A program made the position numbers and the translations under genes. A DNA stretch of 64,000 nt from Vermamoeba vermiformis (taxonomy: Eukaryota), in assembly GCA_045837725.1 (NCBI GenBank), contig JBEWZL010000166.1:1-64000 (forward strand), written 5' to 3'. Of the stretch, positions 36,601-50,496 are shown one piece after another; position 1 is the first letter of the stretch; each line of letters starts with the position of its first letter. The notes below the pieces were generated by a model. That model had not been told where the DNA came from, ran no database searches, and saw nothing but the letters and a program-made list of their open reading frames with translations.

Positions 36601-39600
36601 TTCACTGCGAAGTGCTGTCAAATCCGGAATTTTTCAAAACTGCCCAGCCGATCACAGCAGATATGATCATCAGGTTGAAAAGCAACATTAAAATGCCGGC
36701 ATTTGGTGACCGATCATTGGTCAAGAGATTATTGAAGTTGAAATCTCAGCAAGATTTTCCGCTGGAGAGAGTGGATCAGTTGAAATTTGAAGTGAAGTTA
36801 ATGAAAGAGTACTTTGGTGACACCAGTGCGGAAAAACTCAAAAGCAACATCCGCCTGATCAAACATTTGACGGACATTGGACGATTAGACGAAGCTTTGC
36901 AGTTGGTCAACGACAATTTGAAACAATTACCCGCAATGAATAGATGCAATGCGTTGTTGCCGACCCGATTGTATCTCCACTTAGCGGAGATACAGTTCAA
37001 GAAAGAGGACATGGTGAACGCCTTATTCAACATTTGCCGCGCACTGCGGTTAGTTTCACTGAGCATCAAAGTCACCATGAGCGGAGTGGACCACAATGCA
37101 TCAATGGACTTTTCGTTCCATCCAGTCTTCGTGGCTGTGCTCCATTACGTCATGTTCATCGCACATCAATCGGACACTCTTCCGCTGTTCTTGACCTGGC
37201 TGTACATAATGTACGGCGTTGAAAAAATGTTCCCGTTCCCTGGCTACGTCCCAAGACTTTCAGTAAGTCTTTCGCGTTGACCTGTACAAGCGGTCTAATT
37301 CTCTTTCTTAATTAGGACAATCTTCGGATATCCCGTGTCCCTCACACCAATTTCAGCGACTGAATTTGAAGGTGCAGAATTTATCTCCAGATTGGCGGCT
37401 AACTTCAAGTACGGCAGCCACAATACGACGGTGCAAAAATGGTACAAAAGAGGTACGACAAAGATTATAGGAAATTTCGTAGCTAACGTTTGTCGCAGTA
37501 TTTTCTATGAAGGATGGCATGGTATACGACGTTATACCGAATTTATACGACTTCGAGAATTTGCACGTGGACAAACTGTTTAGCAACGCCTCACAGCTCA
37601 CACGACAAATAATTCATCCTCAAGTCATTCAACGAGATCAGCCATTCGAAATCGTTGCAGTTATTCCGCCCGGTTGTGAAGGAACCAATCATTCGGTCGT
37701 GTTCTACAAAGATGCCTCGCTTTGGTGCGATAAGATGCAAAACTATCCCGAAATTTTCACAGTTCTGCTTGGCGGATTTGTTCGCCGCTGTACAATTGGA
37801 AAAGAATTCTGGGATAATTGTCCGTTGGATACCGAAAAGGTCGGAATTTCGCTACGATACACTGATTCATGGGGTGGCACTGGATACTTAGTTTCAGCCG
37901 AAATTTCAATTGGAAGACCAGGTACGCAAAATTTTCAGTTCATTTTATGTGGCTAATATTTGCATTTAGATTCGCTACAGGTGGCATATATTGGCGAAAA
38001 AGCTTGCACACCAGATGGTACCATTTATATTCAGCGACAGTAGTTAATAATTTTTTGTATTAATGGTTATTTTTTGTAGACTCGAGATCTCGCGAGAAGC
38101 CGTTCATTCAGTATCAACAGGCTGTGCGTGTTGTTTCGGATTGGAAAAACGAACGTGAAGCCCGTGTGGTTAGTGGATGGAGCAATTTTATGCGAACGAA
38201 GCACTATGTCATCACTGAAGATGTAAGAACTACATAACATATAATCAATATTGATTTTTTGTAACGAACCATTATAGTACAAAGTTTTGATGTTCGGAGA
38301 ACATGTTGAGTACTCGCCAAATGTCAACATGACCTCGGTGCCGAAACCACTTGAAGGATTTTTGGGCAAAGAGATTGTTCAAATTGTTGGCGGAAACACG
38401 TTTGGACCGTAAGCATGCAATGTAATTCTCAAAATTTAATTGACGCCCTCTTTTCTAGCGACAATATCAAACCTCCATTTTTCGCGGCAGTTTCAAAACG
38501 TGGCCTATTGTACACTTTCGTAAGGCTTATTGATAGTAATGCAATATATTTAGAGCGAAAATTAAATATTTCCTTTTTAGGGCAATAATCAAGACGGAGC
38601 GCTAGGGTTAGGGTTTGGCGGTGAATTAGAGCCTAATGCTCGTCTCGTGCAAGGCCTTTTGACAGTCAAAATTGCTCGCGTTGAAGGCGGCCACTCATTT
38701 GCAGTTGCGTTGTCACGTGACGGCAAAGCATTCATTTGGGGTCACTTAGGAGAACGAGAATTATCTTCGTACCCAAAGTTAATTCATTTCTCGGAAGGAA
38801 AAGGCGAGGATAAAATCAGAATCAGGCAAATTTCCGCCGCAGGAAGTCGGTGCACGTTTTTGACTGAACATGGCACGTTCTTCTTTTGCGGAGATTTGTA
38901 CCCAGCTCCGAAACGAAGCACTGATCCTACGAAATTTGTTTGGCTGAAAGAGTACAAACACGGCAACAAGAAGATCAAGCAAGTGCAGTGCGGAGTGATG
39001 CACACCGTGTTTGTCACTGAAGACGACGAGGTCTATTGTTTCGGAGACAATTCAGTGAACCAGTGCGTCACCGAAGTAAGTACCAATATTTCCAAATTAG
39101 GAAAAGTCATCAGTCATGCTCAACACTTTTTCTTGCAGGCATTGGAATGGCCAAGTGAAGATATGAAGCCGCTCAAGCTCATCTACGCGGGAAAAGAACG
39201 AAAATCCCAAGTGAAACAACTTGTCGGATTGAACTGCTGCACCGCCTTGTTGACGACTGATGGTCAGCGTAAGTGTCAAAAACATTTGACACGTGTCACT
39301 CAATCGTGTCAACTAAAAATTTTCACGCCAATTTTTGCTTCTCGATGGCTTTTATTGACTGTCCTTATTCTAGTATGGATGTGGGGTGGCAGTTCTGTGT
39401 ACCCGCGTTATCAACCAATCATGGACAATTATGGCAATCACATTCCTGTTGTGGCAATTGCCGCTGTAGGCCGAAACACTGTTGGAGTTTACTTCAAAAT
39501 GCCGTTCAGCACCAACTTGCCGATCGACCTGCCCATCATTCCTGAAGAACAAAAGTTCAGTCATTACGATGAAGATTTAGCGTTGCCTAACAACAGTAGA

Positions 39601-39762
39601 TCCGCCAGCCTTGCAAAGCGGAGTAATTTGACGACAGAAGAAATCGTTTCGTACCAGCAAGACGTGATTGAAGAGTTGAAAAAAGAAAATACGGAGTTAA
39701 AAGAGCGATTGCGCGTGGTTGAACAGTATTTCCAGGAAGTTACGCGGTACAAGAATCTCTGA
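33640..39762 (+). CDS. Large Clu-domain protein with N-terminal half-LIM finger, helical region, RCC1 repeats and C-terminal coiled coil
   Basis: CPLC..WYHKDC; GGIAGGQKY..FFK, LDYRGYRL, LVYGSGDAG, DIEVHKGNDG, LLRPELV, MHAHGINIRYLG; RCC1 repeats FGNNQDGALG, CGVMHTVFV..FGDN. Treating it as one gene is an inference. Confidence 0.75.
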
Positions 39763-39899
39763 TGTAATTGCATTCGGATAAATAAAATAATTCACTCGAT
39801 TAACCAGAAAAGAATAAGAACACCACAAATCCAAACACTAATTGGCGTAAGGACATAATTATAGCGAATTATTGTTGCGATAAATCTAACTGACTAATC

Positions 39900-42158
39900 A
39901 TGGATCCATCGCACAGAGTCTTTGCAAGATTTTCCAGATCAACGCAACCAATGGAAGATTTATTGCCAGAAATAACATTAAAAATATTTTATTATATTCC
40001 ATTTCGTCTTAGTCTAAGGACAGTCGCGTTAGTTAGCAAGAAATGGCTCGATCTGCTCAAAATTACCAAAAATTCGAATTTAATGACAGTTGACCTCAGA
40101 AATACCAATTATTCATTTTATCAATATAAAATAATAGCAGCAAAATATAATATTGAACAATTGGTCATTTCACATCTGGGAGATTCGCTTTTTCCTTTAG
40201 CAGCACTTATCAACGCTTCGCCAGCACTCAATACGCTAGCAATTGGCAGATCAACAAACGGTGGATTATTTGAAAACATTATGTGCCAAGGAAGAACCAT
40301 TCCAAAAATTTTCTTAGTGTTGGAGCAGATGCGATCAAAATTATCCTTCAGCAAAATTAGACGACTAGAGATCCCTTCTCACTTGCTTTCAATATTACGT
40401 ATATTTCCCAACGTACGACAGCTCAAATTTGACATGCTAGAGTCTCTTTTTTCGGAGGACGATGACACGTGTCAAAACCAAAACTTAGGACCATTTGAAA
40501 GCGTCAAAGAAATTGACACGCGAGTATACGAATACGAAGAAGTAGACTTCAAGCATTTGAAAACAATATTTCCTAATTTGGAAACGTTGCATTTAAGTAC
40601 TAATGACAGCGAAGAGATTGAAAATAAGTGCAAAGGCATAGTGACAGTACATTGCAAAAATATCAGTCTGTTTCCGAGGACACTGAATCAGCAATTCAGT
40701 GAACGAAGTTATGCGGAATATTTTTTCAGAAATGGAGAAACTCCGTTCGTCTCTTTGTTTAAGAGCCGAGGGCCCTCAGCTTCAGACGTCGAAGAATTTT
40801 TGCAAAGACATTCGTTTTTGACAGCAGAGTACGAATCAGATTTTTCAGCACGTGACAGAGAAGTAGTTTTTCCGTCGGAAAGCGAACTTTATGACGTCAC
40901 TCAAGTGACGCCACCATTACTACAAAATCTCCCAGCGGAGATACAAGCCGTATTACACAAGCACAATATTATTCCACCAGCATTGCTCAAAGAACGACCC
41001 AAACCTGCAAATGATTTAATGAAACTAGGAAGCATACAACCTCCGACCGAAGAATTCAATCCGATACTGCAATGGCATGCCAAAATTAGCAATAATAATA
41101 ATCCTCCAACGGACGAGGACGATGAAGCGGAAAAATTTTGGAAGAAACTTGCGGCATTATCGAATTCACTCGTCATAAGTGATATTTTGGGCCACGTGAC
41201 AGAGCTTAAAAACTGGCCAATTAGAAACTATTCGGACCTGCAAATATTTGCAAAGTTTCTGTATCCAATGTCAATGGTGGAGCCTTTATTTGAAGAAGTT
41301 TATTCCGTCATCGGCAAAGAAACATTAGCAAAGTTAATTAATACACGAATGTCTGGTGTAACGGTCATTCATTACTTTGTAGTGCGTGGACTGAATGTAG
41401 AGTGGGATTTGATAGCTGATTTAGTTGATTGGAGCATCGAAGATGACGATGGACGTAATGCCGCAACATTGGCATTCTTGGTTGGAGAACACGGATTATG
41501 TCAGAAATTTCTACAATTTGGTGTGAAACTGCAAATAGAACATATACTTTCATCGTCATACTTGCAATATTATAAGTGTGGCTATGATACGATGGATTCT
41601 GAAGCAGTAGTCAGCGATGCGGATCTCAAAAGATGGGTCTTCTCGTACACAATCAAAGAAAAGAATTCAGAGAAAATTAACAAAAGCATTGACTACATAA
41701 TCAATCGATTGAAATTAACGGAGCAAGATATTCTGACAATAATGAACTGTCACGTGACTGCAGCAGGTCAGTTGGCGTTAGTTTTGCATCTGAAACATCA
41801 CCACGAACTAGACCTTAACAAGCGTGATAATAATAATGAAACAACGCTGCAAGTAGCAATTAATTCGAAGAATTTCAGCGCAGTCAATTTTGCGCTAACT
41901 TACGGAGCTGATCCAAATCTGGAGATCGCAGATGGAATGTCCCCATTAGTTTATCTTTGCAATACGCCATTTAATAGTGACCAAGACATGATATTCTTTC
42001 ATCTAACAATGGATGCGTTGGTTGCACTAGGCGCTGATATTCAAAAAGTCTATCAGAATCAGCATGGCGAGAAATTGAACCTGATAGAAGTCGCGCAGCG
42101 AGCGGGCAATCCAATTGAATCAATAGTGCATTATATTAACAAATCAATGAAGAAGTAG
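39900..42158 (+). CDS. Intronless F-box, LRR-like and ankyrin repeat protein
   Basis: LLPEITLKIFYYI..VALVSKKW (F-box); FPNVRQL and FPNLETLHL; DDDGRNA, NETTLQVAI..YGADPN, LGADI (ankyrin). Start may be the ATG at 39951. Confidence 0.85.
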   Translation: MDPSHRVFARFSRSTQPMEDLLPEITLKIFYYIPFRLSLRTVALVSKKWLDLLKITKNSNLMTVDLRNTNYSFYQYKIIAAKYNIEQLVISHLGDSLFPLAALINASPALNTLAIGRSTNGGLFENIMCQGRTIPKIFLVLEQMRSKLSFSKIRRLEIPSHLLSILRIFPNVRQLKFDMLESLFSEDDDTCQNQNLGPFESVKEIDTRVYEYEEVDFKHLKTIFPNLETLHLSTNDSEEIENKCKGIVTVHCKNISLFPRTLNQQFSERSYAEYFFRNGETPFVSLFKSRGPSASDVEEFLQRHSFLTAEYESDFSARDREVVFPSESELYDVTQVTPPLLQNLPAEIQAVLHKHNIIPPALLKERPKPANDLMKLGSIQPPTEEFNPILQWHAKISNNNNPPTDEDDEAEKFWKKLAALSNSLVISDILGHVTELKNWPIRNYSDLQIFAKFLYPMSMVEPLFEEVYSVIGKETLAKLINTRMSGVTVIHYFVVRGLNVEWDLIADLVDWSIEDDDGRNAATLAFLVGEHGLCQKFLQFGVKLQIEHILSSSYLQYYKCGYDTMDSEAVVSDADLKRWVFSYTIKEKNSEKINKSIDYIINRLKLTEQDILTIMNCHVTAAGQLALVLHLKHHHELDLNKRDNNNETTLQVAINSKNFSAVNFALTYGADPNLEIADGMSPLVYLCNTPFNSDQDMIFFHLTMDALVALGADIQKVYQNQHGEKLNLIEVAQRAGNPIESIVHYINKSMKK

Positions 42159-42475
42159 ATGGCAAGAGGTAATTAATTTTATTGCCATTTTATTACCGCC
42201 AAAATCGCTTATCATTATTTTCGATAGCCCAGAAATGGCATTACTACCGTTACGACACTCCGCCGACGACAGGGAGGCTTTTGAAATTCCTGATAACGGC
42301 TCACCCAGTATTAAAATATGAAACCTTGGATAATAAAAGATTTTCATTTGCTTTTCTTTGGATTTTTTGACTGCCGAGGAAGCAGATGGACACAACAGAA
42401 GACAGGTGTTAAAAAAATAATACTCCGTTGTGAAATACTTACAGCAGTGCCCAGGATAAACAAAGAGCAACTAGG

Positions 42476-45400
42476 ATGGAGGCATCCACGAGGTTAAGCC
42501 TCATCTGCCTTTTAATACTAGCTCTTGGTGGTGCTATTCAATCCAAGTATGTAATTAATGTTTAATAATATTTTTATATTATATGCTTTGAAGAGTTTTA
42601 AATGCGCTTGTGGTCTGATCTTATTTATTGGCAGAGCAGAAATAATTTTGGAAAATTCCAACGCTCGATTTACCTTCGACGAGAATGATTTTGGACTTGT
42701 TGCACTCGAATTTAAACAAAATGGGCAGTATTTTAATTTTTTGAACGATTCTTCGTCTCAACCAATTTGGGCGCTTCACTTTCGGGACGAGCAAGGCGTT
42801 GAATATGTAATAACCAATGATTTTGTTAATAATTAATTCATTATAATCTATTTATTAGGTTGTTGATGGCTCAGATACGACAGAACAGCGGATGTACGAA
42901 ATCCAAACCCGCAACTCGACATCATCTTTATATTTAAATTGGATAAACACACGTACGTATACTATCATATTAAAAAAAGTTCTATATATCAAATTGACAC
43001 TATTTAAAGAGATTCCCGATGTTAACTTGCCGGTGAATGTCTCGGTCGAGATCCAATTACTTCCTGTTGGCTTAATTGAGAGCAAAATAACTATAGTACG
43101 TATTTAAAAATTCCTAGGTATAAGTTTTTTCTTAATATTCGAGTATAGGGAGCTGTTGGTGGAGAATTGGCCTTAAACCATTATTTCTTTTTCATCGTTA
43201 CAAATATCGGAACCAAAAATTCTTCGCAAGACACTGCTATTGTTCCTGGAGGTAATACCATATATAGTATAATTATTTAGTTTTAGGATGCTAATTTTTT
43301 GATAGAACTTGGATTCAAGAATCAAGATCCGAAAGGCTTTTGGTGGTCAGCACGATACCCTTCAGGACCAGCTTCAATGCCTTTTATGTTGTTCCATCAT
43401 AAGATTAATAGCACAGTCGATCATATTAATGTCAATTGCTCACGTGGTCTTGGACTGTTCTACGCGGCTCTCGAACCACATCCATCACAAAAAGACTTCA
43501 ACATTTACCCGACCTCGCTAGGTAATATTATTATAGTATTTAATTAATTCTATTATAATATTTTTCATATGATTAGGCTTGCAAATGAGCGTACGACAAT
43601 ATCCTGAAAATAATATTTTGCCGCACAACAAAAAGATAGAGTCGCAAGTGAGATTTGTCATAGGTAATCATATAATAATAATTAATATCGTTATTTTTAT
43701 AATATTTAATATGATTTGTTAATTAGGACCTTATTGTGGAGACTGGTGGGATGGTGCGCAGATCTATCGAAGTTGGGGTATAAAAAACGCTCCGTGGACA
43801 AGGTACGTGACTCGCAAATGACATTTTGTATAGAAGCCATCGGATATAGTATAGGACAATAGGAAATAGTTAATATTGATTATTTAGTGCTGGTCCGATC
43901 AAGTACCGAAGTGACATCCCGCAGTGGTACAAAGATACGACACTGTGGATTAATTCCCATTGGATTCCCGGAAATTTAAACAATTCACTAGGTAATTAAT
44001 TAACCTACTATATTTATTATGACGTTCAGTCCGGAGAACAAAAGTTGTATATCCGATCTTCGACATCCGATCTAGTGTTCAACTTAGCTCATATTTTTGT
44101 TAATGATAGGGCTATATTAATGTTGTATTATTTATAGGCAATCCTAATATTATCGAAGCAAATGTAAACAAATTTATTGACGCGATCAGCCCGTCAAAGT
44201 ATTTCAACGCATCCACTGTGGCATTTCATTGGTACGTCTGGCATCAAGTGGCATGGCAAACAAATTACCCCCACTATTTTCCCGCAAAAGATGGGTTCAG
44301 AGAAGTCACGCAAAAATTGCAACAACAAGGTACATCCGGATCGCAAAAATTCAATTTTTTTCCTAATAATATTTTAGGCATTAAAGTGTTTCCATATATT
44401 AACGGTCGTGTATATGACATTAATAACCAATCGTGGAGTCATGACGAAGCCGAGAGCCACTGCTGCAAAATGAGTGCGGCAAGATCCAAGCCGTTACGCG
44501 TCCCTGTACAGCTCGAATCATATTCTAATAATCAATATTGGGCCATTATGTGTCCTTCAACACCTTTTTGGCAAGACAAGCTCACGTAAGTAATCACGTC
44601 TAATTAACGGAGAAAATAATTATCCAACCACATCCAGCTCTCTGACCGTTGGCCTAACTAATGACTATAAGACGAATGGTGTATATATCGATCAAGTAAG
44701 CCCTTACTATTATAGTAAATGTCAAAAAAAATTAACATTTGATGCAATAGTTGGCGTCAAAAGATCCAGTACTTTGTTTCGATCCGCACCACAATCACCC
44801 GCAAGGCGGTGGATCATACTGGGTAAGTATAGCAATAATATAATTAGATATTGCGCATTTATTAATTACTATTGATACTACACTACAGACGGACGGATAC
44901 AACAGAGCCCTGAAGAGAATCAGATCCGCCATGTCCAAGACAGCCGTGTTGACTTCAGAATCAAATGCTGAAGTGTATATGAAGTATATTGATGGATTCT
45001 TAGTCATTGGTGGCTATCATAATTGTCCTATGGTACGCAACCTGTAATATACCCTTTTTTAGTTTCGGCCGGATCCAGCCAGAACTGAACGGTGCTTTTA
45101 CCTTTTAATTCTCAGAATTTTAATTGATATGTTTAACTTCGCTTTTTAGATCCCATTGTTCCAAGCAGTCTATTCAGACTACGCTATCACCTTCGGCAGA
45201 TATTTTCAGGCCAGCAACTCCAAGACTCAATTCACCCAGATGATGGCACAAGTAAGGTTAAATATTATATATATAATAGTATTATTACAGTATTCGTTTA
45301 ACGTGAAAAAAATCGTGAAAATTTTAAGGTGGATCTTGCGAAGGCTAATTTTTATTTTGCACAGATGTTTGTCTACGGATCTCAGACTTGGATGGTTTGC

Positions 45401-45950
45401 GCTTGACGGCAGCGATGGATTATTACCATTTTTGGCAAATGAGACGAACTTCAAGTACATGGATTACGTGTCAAACTTGACGCGGTTCAGAACACTAGGC
45501 GCGGAGTATCTTTTGTACGGACGATTGATGCGACCATTAGATACTACACCCCAAGACATTGGTATTATAGACAAGCATTGTTTTGCAAAAATTGCAATTG
45601 CTGTTTGGCGATCTCAAGGCGGAGATCTAGGTAAGTCACATCCAATAATTCCGCCGGACACCTAAAATTCATTTAAACACCTCAATATTGCTCAAAATAT
45701 TATGTTATTATACTTATAACTTATTTTAGCCATATTCGCGGTCAATGGAAGAACTTCTGTCGAAAATTTTGAGTGGACGATGGATGTGGTACAAGATTAC
45801 GGCTTAGACAGAGCTAGGAGCTACATATTGCAAGAAATTCATATTGATGGTACTAGTAGCGTCATTGGACAGTTTAGTTCATCACAAGTGAGCGGATCCA
45901 TTCAAATCGCCCCTATGCAGATCCGATTTTATCGAATATTACCAAATTAG
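42476..45950 (+). CDS. Secreted DUF6259-like putative glycoside hydrolase, many exons
   Basis: Signal peptide; GDWWDGAQIYRSW, HWYVWHQ..YPHYFPAKDGF, PYINGR, MCPST.FWQ, GVYIDQ, HNHPQGGGSYW, ESNAE, PLFQAVYSDY. Confidence 0.75.
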
Positions 45951-46045
45951 GGCAACAAATAGAATATAAACAATGACAAGTAAGCAAAAAATTATCCATA
46001 TTTTGTTCAATCAACGAGAAATTGTAGTTAATTCGCAATTTATTA

Positions 46046-47791
46046 TTACTTTGTACATTTTTCGACGAGCAGATCTGCATGCTCAGGCTTAATTCCAGTT
46101 ATCGCGTAACTATTGTTCGCGTTATTTCTAATTTGTTCTTGGAATTGTGTTAATAATTTACCAGCCCAGGTGTCTTGTCCCCAAGAAAGTGTCTTGTACA
46201 TGTTATGGAAATGGTACGCATAAGCGCCGTCCCAAAATTTAAATTCTCCGTTAACTTTGCTAAATAAGTACGCGAATCTACAGTAATAATAATAATCGTT
46301 AATTATGAGACAGACGTTTATAAAAAAAATGCGAAATTTTAAAATTGAGATCTGCATCCGGTAAGAAAACGTTAAAAAATGTTGTATATTTAAATTACGT
46401 ACCTATCATAAGGCAAGTTATTCTTGGCGCTAGCTTTTTCAACGATGTTCCAAACTGGATCGAAGTAAGCAGCTGGATAAAGAACCACAGGCAGATCCTG
46501 CTCGATGATAATTTCGTATAATTTCCACGGATGAAAATTGTTTTTTCTGCCAATAATGCGCTGAAACATTGTTTTAACGGATTTGCCGCCTCGTTGCAAC
46601 GAAAATACTGCCGTGTTCATCTTGCCCGCTTGCGCAGCCCACAAGTACGCAAATTCATTTTGCTAATATAAACCGTACGTTAGTATTTATCAACCACTGT
46701 ATTTTCCAGTCAAAATTTTGGGATCCAAAAAAACAGATCCGGATTTCGCAATGTTTGAGTATGAAAGTGCAATGCTTGCGTCGAATAAATCAAAGGGGAA
46801 TTCGTAATGAGTATGAGCGTTAGATATGAGCACATAGCTTACCATAAAAGTGTGCATTGGTCGCAAGAAAATGACATCCACATCCACGTACATTCCGCCG
46901 TACTTGTACAATATTAACATGCGCACTAAATCACCCCACAACGCTCCTTTAGCATCTAACAGACCAATCACATCCTGTTTTTGCTTCTCGTCAGTAATTT
47001 TTGACAGATCCAATGGCGTGTCCTGACAAAAAAATTAACCGTTAAAAGCAATTATTAATGAAAATCAATTCGGTGGAATTAATTATAGAATTATTGAGCA
47101 ATGTAACTAACTAACATAGACGTACCTTTGCGAGATCAGACAAATTGAAACATTTGAAATAAATATTCGGATGATCCGTAAACGGAGCCAACATTGGATT
47201 CGACGTAAAATTTTCATATTGTCGTGCTTCTAGCCAATAAATCAATACGGATTTGTTCAAGTCTTGCGTGGCCAAGTACGAGTAAAGCAAGAACTGATGA
47301 ACAGGTACCATTTCGCCGGTCCAAGCAGTATGAAATACGGTCAATTCGTCGCTAATATTTCTAATTTGCATTGGCTCATGATTTCGAAGAAAATTTAAGC
47401 ACTTGGTAGTGTCGTTGTTGGGACAATCTATCAACAGGTCAGATGAGTGTCCAAAAGGTGTCATTAGCATATCTTCCCAAGGATTAAGTGGTGTATTAAT
47501 TGGTGCATTTTCGGACGAATTGTTAACCGGATTCAGTACTTGTTGCAACGAATCCTCTTCAGGATCCAACCAAAACCTTGAAAAAATAAATAAGTATTTA
47601 CTTGTCCGTATTTCGGAACGTTAAATAACATTCTTAATGATAGAATCATTAAATACACTGGTCTTATAAGATGTCATTAACTCCGGATCGACATCCTACC
47701 TAGATGAGTTCGTTCGTACGAGCACAATAGCTAGGAAAACAAGCATAACAATGAGGGCACCGCGCAGTGCAGTTGCTCGCGTTGGCCTCAT
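46046..47791 (-). CDS. GT32 (DXD, OCH1/Gb3 synthase-like) glycosyltransferase, paralog 1
   Basis: Type II membrane anchor; DLVRMLILYKYGGMYVDVDVIFLRP; AYAYHFHN. Confidence 0.88.
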
Positions 47792-48191
47792 ATTGCGTCG
47801 TGCTGACAACAACTGAAACAGAATAAAACAAGAAATTGCTGTTGGTTCACAACCCATGAAATCACTACTGGTCTCAAAGTGCCGAGAACCTCGATCGTTC
47901 AGATACAATTTATTATTATAGATTGCCAGGATTGCAAGCATTACGTTGCGGTCAAAATATTCCCATGACATTTCAGATCCAAGATCTGAAAGCGGATCAA
48001 TTATTCAACAAGCTATTAACAACTTGAAGCGTTTGTAGCAATAGTTATTCAAGTACACCTCTATTTCATAATAATCCCTCGCGTGATAAGTGTTTCAAAA
48101 GTGTCATTTGTCCATCTAGATGTAGCTCGGCGACCACTTCATTTGATCAAATTTGTCTCCGTACGGTCGAAATATGCTACATGTTGTTTAT

Positions 48192-50044
48192 TTATTTACA
48201 TTCGCTGATGAGCAATTCATCGTTCTCTTTTCGCCAGAACTTGATCTGGTTTTTCCTCGGCATCCGCATGAATTTATCTTTCCATTTTCGCTCTACGACG
48301 CCAGCCCAACTATCAGCGGTCCAATTTGTAGCTTCGTACATATTATGGAAATGATTGGCGTACGCGCCACCCCAGAACGAGGTCCTGGTTAAATTCGCTT
48401 GGTTGAATAGCCCAGGAAACCTGTAAATAAGCATTAATATTGTCATTCGAATGATATACACATAATTTTATATTATAATAATCAATAGGACGCCTAGAAA
48501 TTTTTGAATGAAATTTCGTTCGTAGATGTGCTGATCCAGATCGTTGAAATAATGATTTAAATACGTACTTTGCGTAAGGATTATCATCCAGCGGACTAAA
48601 TCTGTCGGAAATAGCCCACACCGGGTCAAAAAACGTTGATGGATAAATAATCAAGGGCAATGTTCTATTCATGACGGCTTCCATCAACTTGTGCGGATGA
48701 AAATTATCCTTCTTTTGCGTGACAATGTAGTCGAATAGTTCGTTAATTACGTGACCACGTGCTTTTAAGCCTAACACCGCTGTGTTCAGACTGGCAAAAG
48801 CCTGACCACGTGTAGGCGAATTCATTGGCCTGAGGTGAGTAATTAGAATCGGTAAATACACTGTAAATGCACCGTAAATACTATAAAAAAATGCCTGAAG
48901 AGGAAATTTAGACGACTAATTTGTTAATTCAAGAAAATTACAGTTGTTCTTTTTTTGCGCAAAAAAATAAAATTTTAAATATGACCATGCAATGTCATAT
49001 TGGATACCTGATGTTGTATTGCAATAATATAGTATACGGTATATAAGTTTATCAATTTCAGAAACTTACCATTAATGGCTCGAAAGATCTGAGAAACATC
49101 ACATCCACGTCAACATAAATTCCTCCATATTTGTACAAAATAAGCATGCGGAACAAGTCACCAGACAATGGTCCATATAATACATTAAGCAGCTTCATAA
49201 TATGGTCCTTGTTTGTCTCCATGGTCGATAGCTGGATCCAGCGGTGTTCCCTACATTGCCAAAATATTAGTCTTATTCTAATACTATAGTCTATTATATT
49301 ATTATAATTATACTCACACTGGCAAGATCAGTGATATTATAGCACTTAAATACGATGTTTGAGTGTTTTAAAAATGGCGCCAAAAGTGAGCTGTTCATCG
49401 AGCTGGCGAAAGTCGCTTGATCGATCCAATAAATTAAAATTGTGCGAGATAAATTCTGCGTGGCTACAAATGAGTATAATAAGAACTGATGCATCGGAGA
49501 AATTTTGCCTCGCCACGCTGTGTGAATGATCAACGTTTCGTTATCGTTTAGTAGTCTCCTTGGCGGTGTTTGTCGTAAAAATTGAAGGCACTTGGTAACA
49601 TTACTAATTGGGCAATTTTTTTGGACTTCTTCGATGGTGCCGTACGGCGTGATTAGCGGATCTTCGCCAGTCAAATATTCTACAACAATTTCTGGAGAGA
49701 TATCAAGGTCAGCATCGTCATCTACAATATTAGCCGCCTCATCCGTCCATCCATTGGAGCTAAGATAATAAAATCAGCTTTTAATTATTATTAATTGCAT
49801 TTTGATAAACGATCGGATTCATTTATTATCGAAATTAAAAGGAAAAAAAGATCAATTCCGACTTCTAGCAAAGTATACGTGTAATTTATGATAATGAAAT
49901 TTGGTTTTTTAATTATTACCTGAGTAGTTGTGGATTCAAGCGAATAAAAAGAACAAATAAGAATACGACTCCAACAACAATGACAACCCGAAGCAAGCTT
50001 AGTCTTAATATCAGGTTACTAATAGGACATTTGCTTTCTTCCAT
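48192..50044 (-). CDS. GT32 glycosyltransferase, paralog 2 (apparent +1 frameshift at 48796-48799)
   Basis: DLFRMLILYKYGGIYVDVDVMFLRS; AYANHFHN; same exon layout as paralog 1. Confidence 0.85.
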
Positions 50045-50496
50045 TGACGACACAGTAAAATAATAACGCCATTCGCCAATTTCTGAAACGCCAAAAAAGC
50101 GAAATCTCCACAATTACGTTGCATTTCTATGAGAATCATAATTAATGTCGGTGATCATAGCGAGTAGAGCCCGCTTGGTTGCAGTTTAATTCCAGCAGAC
50201 TAGTTGCGTATTTGTCACTTGCCAAAAAAGCGAATCCGTCGGAACAAAGAGGTAGTTCTATTTAAAATTTAATTGGAGTGCTATACTGTGCAATAAGAGG
50301 CACAACAACTTTACTATATGACTACGGAGAGACGGCTACTATTAACCTGACTTTACTAGAGTTGGATCCACCAGTCATCCTCGGATCAAGCCCAGCGAGC
50401 CTCCGTCGTAGTTGACCTACTCTTAAAAAAATACCTTTACTAATTAATTAAAAGTAACTAATTATTACTTCAGTGGCTAGTATTTGCGTACAATGT

